NCBI GenBank assembly: GCA_001940925.1
Contig: MSGZ01000009.1
Span: 49,908 to 113,907, forward strand
Direction: 5' to 3'
Length of the DNA stretch: 64,000 nt
Source: Ruminococcus sp. Phil11
GTDB taxonomy: Bacteria > Bacillota > Clostridia > Oscillospirales > Ruminococcaceae
Position 1 is the stretch's first letter; each line of letters starts with the position of its first letter. The notes below the pieces were generated by a model, which was not told the DNA's origin, did not search any database, and saw nothing but the letters and a program-made list of their open reading frames with translations. The translations under genes were made by a program, and so were the position numbers. Positions 1 through 7,454 of the stretch are shown here, piece by piece.

Positions 1-1
1 C

Positions 2-223
2 CGCATCAGCGGGCGGCTCGGCCTGACGAAGAACCATGCGCCGGAGCAGGTCGAGAAGGATCTGCGGAAGGTGCTGCCGCCGGAACGCTCCAACCGGTAC
101 TGTCACCAGATGGTGCTGTTCGGCCGCGATGTCTGCACGGCGAGAAACCCGAAATGCGCGGTATGTCCGCTCAAATCGTTCTGCACCGATCCGGCCTTTA
201 CCAAAATCGCAAAAAAAATTTGA
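2..223 (+). CDS. nth: Endonuclease III (Nth), C-terminal fragment; 5' end outside window
   Basis: Frame-2 translation ...NRYCHQMVLFGRDVCTARNPKCAVCPLKSFC... contains the C-X6-C-X2-C-X5-C 4Fe-4S loop typical of Nth/MutY. Stop is TGA at 221-223. Confidence 0.85.
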   Translation, partial: RISGRLGLTKNHAPEQVEKDLRKVLPPERSNRYCHQMVLFGRDVCTARNPKCAVCPLKSFCTDPAFTKIAKKI

Positions 224-231
224 AAAAGGGC

Positions 232-260
232 TTGACAAAACATAATTTCTGTGCTATAAT
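232..260 (+). promoter_or_regulatory. SigA-type promoter of the T-box leader
   Basis: TTGACA 232-237, 17-nt spacer, TGCTATAAT with TATAAT at 255-260. Confidence 0.8.
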
Positions 261-267
261 CGCGAAT

Positions 268-597
268 GAAAGGCAATGAGGAAGACACGCGCAGCGTTGC
301 CGATGTCTGCAGAGAGCCGGCGGCAGGTGTGAGCCGGTGTCATGCAAAGCTGTGTATCCCTTCTGAGCCGGAACGCCGAATTTTTGCGGCGGGATCCATT
401 CTGATATCACGGTGATATCAATTTGAAATCCCGGCAGAATAGTAGGTTTTCCCGTGATGCTGCGTGAAAGTAAAGGGCTTGTTGGAGCTCACTGAGCGGT
501 GCGCGCAATAGCGGCACAATTTGAGTGGTACCGCGGGTATTCAGGAATGATGCTCGTCTCAAAGAACGATTCTTTGGGACGGGCTTTTTTATTTTTT
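268..597 (+). promoter_or_regulatory. T-box riboswitch leader (tRNA-sensing transcription attenuator)
   Basis: Stem I shows a K-turn-like GGCAAUGAGGAAGA (272-285) opposite CUUCUGAGCC (360-369). It also has an AGAGAG bulge (311-316) and a distal hairpin CCGGC/GCCGG with loop GGCAGGUGUGA (317-337). The T-box motif AAUUUGAGUGGUACCGCG lies at 518-535. An intrinsic terminator follows: 12-bp stem 555-581 then TTTTTTATTTTTT to 597. Confidence 0.85.
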
Positions 598-614
598 GAA
601 AAGGAGAGATTGTG

Positions 615-2951
615 ATGAGCGAGCAGACAAAGCAGCCGAATGCCGAGAGCAGAATCAAGGAGGTCGCGGAGCGCATTATGCGGCTGCGCGAGGACCTCGG
701 GATCTCGGTCGAGGAAATGGCTGCGAACACGGACTACTCTGTTGAGGACTACAAAAAGTTTGAAGCGGGCGAAAAGGATTTCAGCTTCACGTTTATTTAT
801 AAGTGCGCAAATGCGTTTCATGTGGAGATCGCCGATCTCATGGAGGGCAGCAGCCCGGAGCTGAGCGGCTACACCGTCACCAGAAAGGGCGAGGGCGTGC
901 CGATCGTCCGCAGAGAGGGCTTTGTCTATAACCGGCTGGCCGCGAAGTTCAAGAACAAGACCGTCGAGCCGTTCCATGTTGTGATCCCGTATTCCGAGGA
1001 GGCGCTTTCCAAGCCGCTGCACCTCGCGAGCCATGCGGGTCAGGAAATGGACATCGTCCTGAAGGGCACCGTCCGCATGACCGTCGGTTCGCATACGGAG
1101 ATCCTGCATGAGGGCGACTGCATCTACTATGACAGCTCCATGCCGCATGACGAGGTCGCTTTGGGCGGAGAGGACTGCGAAATCTACGCATTTGTTATGG
1201 CACCGCACGGCACCGCAGGCCTTTCGGAATATCATGAGCATGTTGCCGAGTTCCATGCAACGAACGTGGATAAGGCCGGTCTGATGCATCCGGTTGCAGA
1301 GAAGTTCGTCACCTGCGAAACGAATGAGGAGGGCGTTCTGAGTGCCGTGCACTTTGAGCATCAGGATGAGTTCAATTTCGCGTATGACATTGTTGATGCA
1401 ATGGCGGAGAAATGTCCGGATAAGACCGCAATGATCTATGTGGACCGCGATCATCATGAACGCCGCTTCACGTTCAAGGATATCAAGAAGTTCTCCTGCC
1501 AGACGGCTAATTATTTCAAATCGCTCGGCATTAAAAAGGGTGACCGCGTCATGCTTGTGCTGAAGCGTCACTACCAATTCTGGTTCTCGATCATCGCACT
1601 GCACCGCATCGGTGCACTGGTCATTCCTGCTTCGAATATGCTGAAAAAGCATGACTTTGAATACCGCTTCAATTCTGCGGAGGTCTCTGCGATCGTCTGC
1701 ACCGCGGACGGCGACGTCGCTTCCGAGGTCGATCTCGCCTGCGAGACCTGCCCGACGCTGAAAACGAAGATCCTCGTCAACGGACAGCGCGAGGGCTGGC
1801 ACGATTTCAATGCGGAGCTTTCCGTCTACAGCACGCATTTTGAGCGCACGCCCGAGACGCCCTGCGGCAAGGATCCGATGCTGATCTTCTTCAGCTCCGG
1901 TACCTCCGGCAACCCGAAGCTTGTGCTGCACAGCTATCAGTACCCGCTCGGCCACTATGTCACGGCGCGCTACTGGCAGAACGCCGACCCGAACGGCCTG
2001 CACTTCACGATCTCCGATACCGGCTGGGGCAAGGCACTCTGGGGCAAGCTTTACGGTCAGTGGATGTGCGAATCCGCCGTGTTTGTCTATGACTTCGACC
2101 GCTTCCACGCGGACGATATCCTGCCGATGTTCAAGAAGTATCATGTCACGAGCTTCTGTGCGCCGCCGACCATGTACCGCTTCTTTATCAAGGAGGATCT
2201 TGCGAGATACGATCTGTCCTCGCTGAAATATGCCTGCATCGCGGGCGAGGCACTGAACCCTGAGGTCTTTTATCAGTTCCAGCGCGCGACCGGCATCAAG
2301 CTGATGGAGGGCTTCGGTCAGACCGAGACGACGCTTTCCATTGCAAATGTGGTCGGCATGGAGCCGAAGCCGGGCAGCATGGGCAAGCCGAATCCGCAGT
2401 ACGATGTGCAGGTGCTTCTGCCGGACGGCACGCCTGCGGGCGTCGGTGAGACCGGCGAGATCTGCATCAAGCTGAAGGCGGAGGGCGTTCCCGGACTGGC
2501 ACTCTGCTACTACGGCGACGAGGAGACGACCGCCGAGACATGGCGCGACGGCTACTATCACACCGGCGATACGGCGTGGGTCGATGAGGACGGCTACTTC
2601 TGGTATGTCGGCCGTGTGGACGATGTGATCAAGTCCTCCGGCTACCGCATCGGACCGTTCGAGATCGAGAGCGTGCTCATGGAGCTGCCTTACGTGCTGG
2701 AATGCGCGGTTACGGGCGTGCCGGATGAGATCCGCGGGCAGGTCGTCAAGGCGACGATCGTGCTGACAAAGGGCACGACGCCTTCCGACGAGCTGGTCAG
2801 GGAGATCCAGGAGTATGTCAAGAAGGGGACTGCGCCTTATAAGTATCCGCGTGTTGTGGAGTTTGTCGAGGAGCTGCCCAAGACCGTCGGCAGCGGCAAG
2901 ATCCGCCGTGCCGCGATCCGCGAAATGGACCGCGCCAAGTACGGGAAATGA
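615..2951 (+). CDS. Fusion protein: XRE-type HTH + cupin domain (N-terminal ~195 aa) joined to an AMP-forming (medium-chain type) acyl-CoA synthetase
   Basis: RBS AGGAG 602-606; ATG at 615, with an in-frame GTG at 612. HTH: RIMRLREDLGISVEEMAANTDYSVEDYKKFEAG. Cupin: HAGQEMDIVLKGTVRMTVGSHTEILHEGDCIYYDSSMPH. Adenylate-forming motifs: FFSSGTSGNPKLV, GFGQTET, YHTGD, SSGYRIGPFEIES, GKIRR. Confidence 0.85.
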   Translation: MSEQTKQPNAESRIKEVAERIMRLREDLGISVEEMAANTDYSVEDYKKFEAGEKDFSFTFIYKCANAFHVEIADLMEGSSPELSGYTVTRKGEGVPIVRREGFVYNRLAAKFKNKTVEPFHVVIPYSEEALSKPLHLASHAGQEMDIVLKGTVRMTVGSHTEILHEGDCIYYDSSMPHDEVALGGEDCEIYAFVMAPHGTAGLSEYHEHVAEFHATNVDKAGLMHPVAEKFVTCETNEEGVLSAVHFEHQDEFNFAYDIVDAMAEKCPDKTAMIYVDRDHHERRFTFKDIKKFSCQTANYFKSLGIKKGDRVMLVLKRHYQFWFSIIALHRIGALVIPASNMLKKHDFEYRFNSAEVSAIVCTADGDVASEVDLACETCPTLKTKILVNGQREGWHDFNAELSVYSTHFERTPETPCGKDPMLIFFSSGTSGNPKLVLHSYQYPLGHYVTARYWQNADPNGLHFTISDTGWGKALWGKLYGQWMCESAVFVYDFDRFHADDILPMFKKYHVTSFCAPPTMYRFFIKEDLARYDLSSLKYACIAGEALNPEVFYQFQRATGIKLMEGFGQTETTLSIANVVGMEPKPGSMGKPNPQYDVQVLLPDGTPAGVGETGEICIKLKAEGVPGLALCYYGDEETTAETWRDGYYHTGDTAWVDEDGYFWYVGRVDDVIKSSGYRIGPFEIESVLMELPYVLECAVTGVPDEIRGQVVKATIVLTKGTTPSDELVREIQEYVKKGTAPYKYPRVVEFVEELPKTVGSGKIRRAAIREMDRAKYGK

Positions 2952-2970
2952 GGTATCGCTTCGCGATGTA

Positions 2971-3073
2971 TCCAAAATGGGGCTCCGCCCCAAACCCCGC
3001 TGGGGACATTGTCCCCAGACCCCGTTATGTGTAACAAATTGGGTGCTGATGGAACAATCGGCACCCTTTTTGC
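2971..3073 (+). repeat. Copy A of a ~105-nt two-hairpin 3'-end element; its second hairpin is the terminator of the synthetase gene
   Basis: Hairpin 1 is CTGGGGACA-T-TGTCCCCAG (about 3000-3018). Hairpin 2 is GGGTGC...GCACCC (3041-3066) followed by TTTTTGC. Roughly 70-75% identical (by eye) to the reverse complement of 38601-38708. Confidence 0.7.
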
Positions 3074-3424
3074 ATCAAGCCGGCGGTCGTGCGTTAGGCT
3101 GACCGTTTGCAGCCTCACAAAAGTTTTGATCAAACTTTTTCAAAAGTTTGCGGGTCAAGGGCAGCGCCCTTGTCGCCGTCCGCAGACGGCGAAACACCCC
3201 TATCGTCAGGCGCACCGCAGCGGTTCGCAAAGTTCTCACCGCCGAAAAGCACAGGCACCGGCTGAACACTTACCTATGTACTGACCTGACACCATTTACT
3301 ATTCACGATTCGTTCTTCACCATTCACTTTTCACTTTTTCGCGTCACTCCCATTGAAGCGGGTAGAACCCGCCTCCGTTTTGGCTCCCATGCAGCGAAGC
3401 AGAAACTTTTTCGGACTTCTCCCA

Positions 3425-3453
3425 TTGAAATTCCCTGCATAATATGATATAAT
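3425..3453 (+). promoter_or_regulatory. Promoter upstream of the ECF sigma operon
   Basis: TTGAAA 3425-3430, 17-nt spacer, TATAAT 3448-3453. A ~250-nt leader precedes the RBS GGAGGGAAG. Confidence 0.55.
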
Positions 3454-3710
3454 ATATATTGAAGAATTATACAGTCATTCAGGACTGCTTTTCCAGATAC
3501 AGAGAACCGGTCGTTGTGTCTGACGGCCGATGCCGGGCAATATAGACAAATTACCGGCATACTGCACAGAGAATGTCAAGTTGTTTTGTGCAGAACGCTG
3601 ATTTTGATCGAGGCGCGGGACTTTTTGCTGTCTGAATTGTTTTCTAATCAAAGGACTATCAGGCGGCTGTGCTCATCCCTGCGCATCGTGCCGGAGGGAA
3701 GTGAGACAAC

Positions 3711-4202
3711 ATGCAGACTGCTGAGCAGAACGATGCGTTTTCCGCATTGTACCGGCGGCATATCCAGACAGTTTACAATATCGCACTGTCGTATCTGAAA
3801 AATCCTGCCGAGGCTGAGGATGTTGCCTCGGATGTGTTCGTGCAGCTGCTCGAATCCGGCATGACTTTTGCCGACGATACGCAGGCACGGGCATGGCTCA
3901 TTACCGTGACCAGAAACCGCTGTAAGAATCATCTGAAGCACTGGCTCAGACGAAGGCGTGCTTCCGAGGAGGTGATGGAGCAGATCCCGGTCGAAAGTGC
4001 GGCACCTGAATTAAGGCAGGTGATGGAGGCGGTCTGCCGCCTGCCTGAGCGATACCGTCTGCCGCTGATGCTCTTTGCGGTCGAGGGCTACTCCATCAGA
4101 GAGACCGCGGAGATCCTGCATCTGAACGAAAGCACTGTGCGCACACGGATCGCCCGTGCGCGTGAGATCATCCGAAAAGAAACGGGGGTGGATGAAGCAT
4201 GA
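3711..4202 (+). CDS. ECF-type RNA polymerase sigma-70 family factor
   Basis: Region 2 (YRRHIQTVYNIALSYL...DVFVQL...AWLITVTRNRCKNHLK) and region 4 HTH (YSIRETAEILHLNESTVRTRIARAR). Length is 163 aa. Confidence 0.85.
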   Translation: MQTAEQNDAFSALYRRHIQTVYNIALSYLKNPAEAEDVASDVFVQLLESGMTFADDTQARAWLITVTRNRCKNHLKHWLRRRRASEEVMEQIPVESAAPELRQVMEAVCRLPERYRLPLMLFAVEGYSIRETAEILHLNESTVRTRIARAREIIRKETGVDEA

Positions 4203-5344
4203 AATCGGATAACCGGAATCAGAACGATCAGGCTCCGATGATCTATCGTGAGCTCTCGCGGCAGCTTCGTCTGCCCGAACAGCGGATCGCTGAAATGGAA
4301 CAGCAGATCCGCAAAAAGGCAGCGGAGAAGGAGCATCCTGCCGTTATCCTGCATACCGGCGGCAAACGCCGCATTTCGATGCAAAAGCTCGCTTACCGGA
4401 TCGGACCGGTCGCGGCCTGTGCGCTGCTTGTACTCACCGGTGCGATCATGCACCGGACCGGACTGCTGAGACCCTCGGAATATGAGATTGCCGAATCCGA
4501 GCCGGAATTCATTGAGCAGACCGGTGTCTATCTGCAGACCGCCCTGACAACGGATGCAGATGAAACGATCGAAACGGTGACGCAGACCGTGACCGTTTAT
4601 AACCCGGTTCCGGCTCCGGGCGGGGAGAGCAGCCTGACAGCTGTCCCCGATGTGACGGAACCGCCGCAGACCGCACCCGTGAATCCCGCACCGGCGGAGA
4701 CTGCCGCGCCGCGGACGACTGCTGCACCGCAGACGACCGCCGTGCCGGAAACTGCTCCGCCGGAAACCCACACGGAGCCGCCTGTCACGACGGAGATGAT
4801 TGATCCCAATGCGCCTCCGGTTGTCGTTGTGCAGGAAACCCTCCCGCCTCCGAAAATTGAGGTGAAAGAACGGCCGGAGGAGGCGATCGTTGCACTGGAT
4901 AATCAGATCGCGCATCCCGGCGAGACGATTACCCTCAGCCTGCGTTATCTGGCCGATACTCCGCAGGCAGGCTTCCAGTTCTATATCCGTCTGAAAAATC
5001 AGAACGGCGCGCCGCTCCCCGAAATTCTTTCTTATTCTTTCCCGATCGCACATAATGAGGAACTGCGGCTTTCGATGCTGACCTGCAATGATACCGTACC
5101 GGGTGCGTTTATCATCAATCAGGCAGGCTTTGATCTGTATACGATGCCGGCCGGGACGGAACTGCTGCGGCTGGAGCTCCGGATTCCGGAAAATGTGCCG
5201 GTCGGAACGGTTTACGAGCTGGATGATTCCATTCCGCAGCTTCAGGAGCAGAAGATCGCTGCACTGGATGCGAAGGATGACCTTACAAATGATAATGATG
5301 ACGGCCTCGTTTACATCTTTATTGGTAAAATCTATATCGAATAA
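4199..5344 (+). CDS. Putative anti-sigma factor: cytoplasmic N-terminus, one TM, Pro/Thr linker, C-terminal cohesin-like beta-sandwich module
   Basis: Its ATG overlaps the sigma gene stop (ATGA at 4199-4202). TM segment: IGPVAACALLVLTGAIM. Linker: TAPVNPAPAETAAPRTTAAPQTTAVPETAPPETHTEPPVTT. C-terminal signatures: PGETITLSL, AGFQFYIRL, GTELLRLELRIPENVPVGTVYEL. The cohesin call is by eye only. Confidence 0.6.
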   Translation: MKSDNRNQNDQAPMIYRELSRQLRLPEQRIAEMEQQIRKKAAEKEHPAVILHTGGKRRISMQKLAYRIGPVAACALLVLTGAIMHRTGLLRPSEYEIAESEPEFIEQTGVYLQTALTTDADETIETVTQTVTVYNPVPAPGGESSLTAVPDVTEPPQTAPVNPAPAETAAPRTTAAPQTTAVPETAPPETHTEPPVTTEMIDPNAPPVVVVQETLPPPKIEVKERPEEAIVALDNQIAHPGETITLSLRYLADTPQAGFQFYIRLKNQNGAPLPEILSYSFPIAHNEELRLSMLTCNDTVPGAFIINQAGFDLYTMPAGTELLRLELRIPENVPVGTVYELDDSIPQLQEQKIAALDAKDDLTNDNDDGLVYIFIGKIYIE

Positions 5345-5399
5345 TTCCTGCGAAAAATCTTGAACGGCATTCAGAACCGCGGGAATTGCAAAAAAGCCC

Positions 5400-5428
5400 T
5401 TGACTTTCTTGCAAAAGTATAGTATACT
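5400..5428 (+). promoter_or_regulatory. Promoter of rny with a long (~285-nt) leader
   Basis: TTGACT 5400-5405, 17-nt spacer, TATACT 5423-5428. Confidence 0.55.
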
Positions 5429-5712
5429 ATTGTTGTGTATTATGCATTGCACCGGAAGTCAGGGGCAATTTGTTTGCTGATTTCCGATGGTGTTTTGCGG
5501 CAGATGCCGCTGTATGATCTTTTTTTATGTCCCGCAGACCGTGTCAGGACGGTGCGGTGACTGTCTGATAACGGAAACGCCGGCGGAAACAGATATACGC
5601 GGAAACGGCGGTTCCCCACTCACAAAACTGAATCATCAAACGGCGTGTTTCCTGCCGCAGAATCAAATGATAAATACCATACCATTTGAATATGTTAGGA
5701 GGAAATCACAGT

Positions 5713-7401
5713 ATGACACTGAGTACCCTCATGCTGGTCGCCGCTCTGAATCCCGGTGTTGCGGTGCTGCTGATCGTCCTTGCACTTGCAATCGGTGCCG
5801 CCGCAGGCATGATGTTCGGCACCAAGCGCGCAAAGCAGGACGTTGACGTGCAGATCCAGAGTGCAGAGGCGCGCGGCGTGACAAAGGGCATCGAGCAGCG
5901 CAAGCGTGATGCGGAGGCTGCGATCGGCAGTGCCGAGAAGGAGGCCGAACGAATCCGCAGCTCCGCTGCAAAGGAAGCAGAGGACCGCAAGAAGGCTGCG
6001 CTGGTCGAGGCGAAGGACGAAATCTTTAAGCTTCGTACAGAAGCGGAGAATGACATCAAGGTACGCAGAAACGAAATGAGCCGCCAGGAACGGCGCATCC
6101 AGCAGAAGGAAGAAAATCTCGACAAGAAAACAGAGCATTTTGAACGCCGCGAGGAGCAGCTGCAGAATAAGCTGCATCAGGCGGACGAACGCCTCGCAGA
6201 GGCAGAGCAGATCAAGAAGGCAGGCTCCGAGGAGATCGAGCGCTTAAAGCGAAGTGAGATCGACCTGCTGGAGCGTATTTCCGAGTTCTCCAAGGAACAG
6301 GCAAAGGATTATCTGCTGAAGCAGCTCGATCAGGACCTTGTGCATGACAAGGCTGTGCGCGTTGCCGCCTATGAGCAGCAGATCAAGAGCAACTGCGAGG
6401 ACATCGCAAGAAGCCATATCTCCATGGCGATCGCAAAATGTGCGGCAGAGCAGGTTTCGGAGGTCGCTGTCTCCGTTGTGCCGCTGCCGAATGACGAAAT
6501 GAAGGGCCGCATCATCGGCCGCGAGGGCAGAAACATCCGCTCGATCGAATCTTTGACCGGCGTCGATCTCATCATCGACGATACGCCGGAGGCCATCACC
6601 CTTTCCTGCTTCGATCCGGTGCGCCGTGAGGTCGCGCGCATCGCACTTGAAAAGCTGATCGTGGACGGACGCATTCATCCGGCCAGCATTGAGGAAAAAG
6701 TCGATAAGGCACGCAGAGAGGTCGAAAAGCGCATCAAGCAGGAGGGCGAGCGCGCCGTTCTCGAAACGAACGTCCACGGGCTTAATCCGGAGCTGATCCG
6801 TCTGCTCGGCAGACTGACCTTCCGTACCTCCTACCGCCAGAACGTGCTGAATCACAGCATCGAGGTCGCGACGCTCTCCGGCATTCTTGCTTCGGAGCTC
6901 GGGCTTGATGCCAATATGGCAAGACGTGCAGGTCTGCTCCACGATATCGGCAAGGCACTGACCGCCGAGATCGAGGGCTCCCATGTCGCGATCGGCGTGG
7001 ACGTCTGCCGCAAGTACAAGGAGCCTGCAGAGGTCATCCATGCAGTCGAGGCGCACCATAACGATGTGGAGCCGCGCACCGCGATCGCCTGTATCGTGCA
7101 GGCTGCCGATGCGATCTCCGCCGCAAGACCCGGTGCCCGCAGCGAAAACCTCGAAAGCTACATCAAGCGTCTGCAGAAGCTCGAGGAGATCTGCATGTCC
7201 TACGAGGGCGTCGAGAAGTGCTATGCCATGCAGGCAGGCCGTGAGGTCCGCATTATGGTCAAGCCGGAGGTCATTGACGATGAGCGCATGGTGCTCGTTG
7301 CAAGAGAGATCGCGCAGCAGATCGAAAATGACATGGAATATCCCGGACAGATCAAGGTCAACCTTATCCGCGAAAGCAGAGCCGTTGACGTTGCAAAGTA
7401 A
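5713..7401 (+). CDS. rny: Ribonuclease Y
   Basis: RBS AGGAGG 5697-5702 favours ATG 5713 over 5686. N-terminal TM, coiled-coil region, KH motif [17 protein letters not shown] domain LLHDIGK...HH. Confidence 0.92.
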   Translation: MTLSTLMLVAALNPGVAVLLIVLALAIGAAAGMMFGTKRAKQDVDVQIQSAEARGVTKGIEQRKRDAEAAIGSAEKEAERIRSSAAKEAEDRKKAALVEAKDEIFKLRTEAENDIKVRRNEMSRQERRIQQKEENLDKKTEHFERREEQLQNKLHQADERLAEAEQIKKAGSEEIERLKRSEIDLLERISEFSKEQAKDYLLKQLDQDLVHDKAVRVAAYEQQIKSNCEDIARSHISMAIAKCAAEQVSEVAVSVVPLPNDEMKGRIIGREGRNIRSIESLTGVDLIIDDTPEAITLSCFDPVRREVARIALEKLIVDGRIHPASIEEKVDKARREVEKRIKQEGERAVLETNVHGLNPELIRLLGRLTFRTSYRQNVLNHSIEVATLSGILASELGLDANMARRAGLLHDIGKALTAEIEGSHVAIGVDVCRKYKEPAEVIHAVEAHHNDVEPRTAIACIVQAADAISAARPGARSENLESYIKRLQKLEEICMSYEGVEKCYAMQAGREVRIMVKPEVIDDERMVLVAREIAQQIENDMEYPGQIKVNLIRESRAVDVAK

Positions 7402-7454
7402 GAAAATTCAATGCGCATGATTCGGCAAAAGGGTCATGCGCATTGCTGTAGAGA

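Noticed and set aside
489-2993. Very long antisense ORFs opposite real genes. Examples: 489..2993 (-), 7812..9128 (-), 18827..20095 (-), 19881..21791 (-), 27478..29049 (-), 31446..33824 (-), 38835..40019 (+), 47401..49584 (-), 51514..52782 (+), 53887..55683 (-), 59310..60707 (-).
   Set aside because: They are Arg/Ala/Gly/His-rich shadow frames, typical of high-GC DNA. They have no RBS, no recognisable motifs, and each fully overlaps a gene with clear family signatures on the other strand.
2815-3102. ORF 2815..3102 (+), whose C-terminal part reads ...MGLRPKPRWGHCPQTPLCVTNWVLMEQSAPF.
   Set aside because: It overlaps the 3' end of the synthetase gene in another frame and then simply translates the two-hairpin repeat element. 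The same element on the other strand at 38601-38708 has no equivalent ORF.
3419-3434. Shared 11-mer CCCATTGAAAT at two promoters (3421-3431 upstream of the sigma operon and 14163-14173 upstream of ruvC), plus CTCCCATTGAAG at 3347, as a possible transcription-factor site.
   Set aside because: The shared part is essentially the -35 hexamer TTGAAA plus 4-5 flanking bases. The downstream spacers are unrelated, and three occurrences are too few to separate from chance.
5487-5846. ORF 5487..5846 (+), 119 aa and Cys/Arg-rich, in the rny leader.
   Set aside because: It has no RBS, runs out of frame into the rny coding region, and its composition is atypical. The region is better explained as a structured leader.
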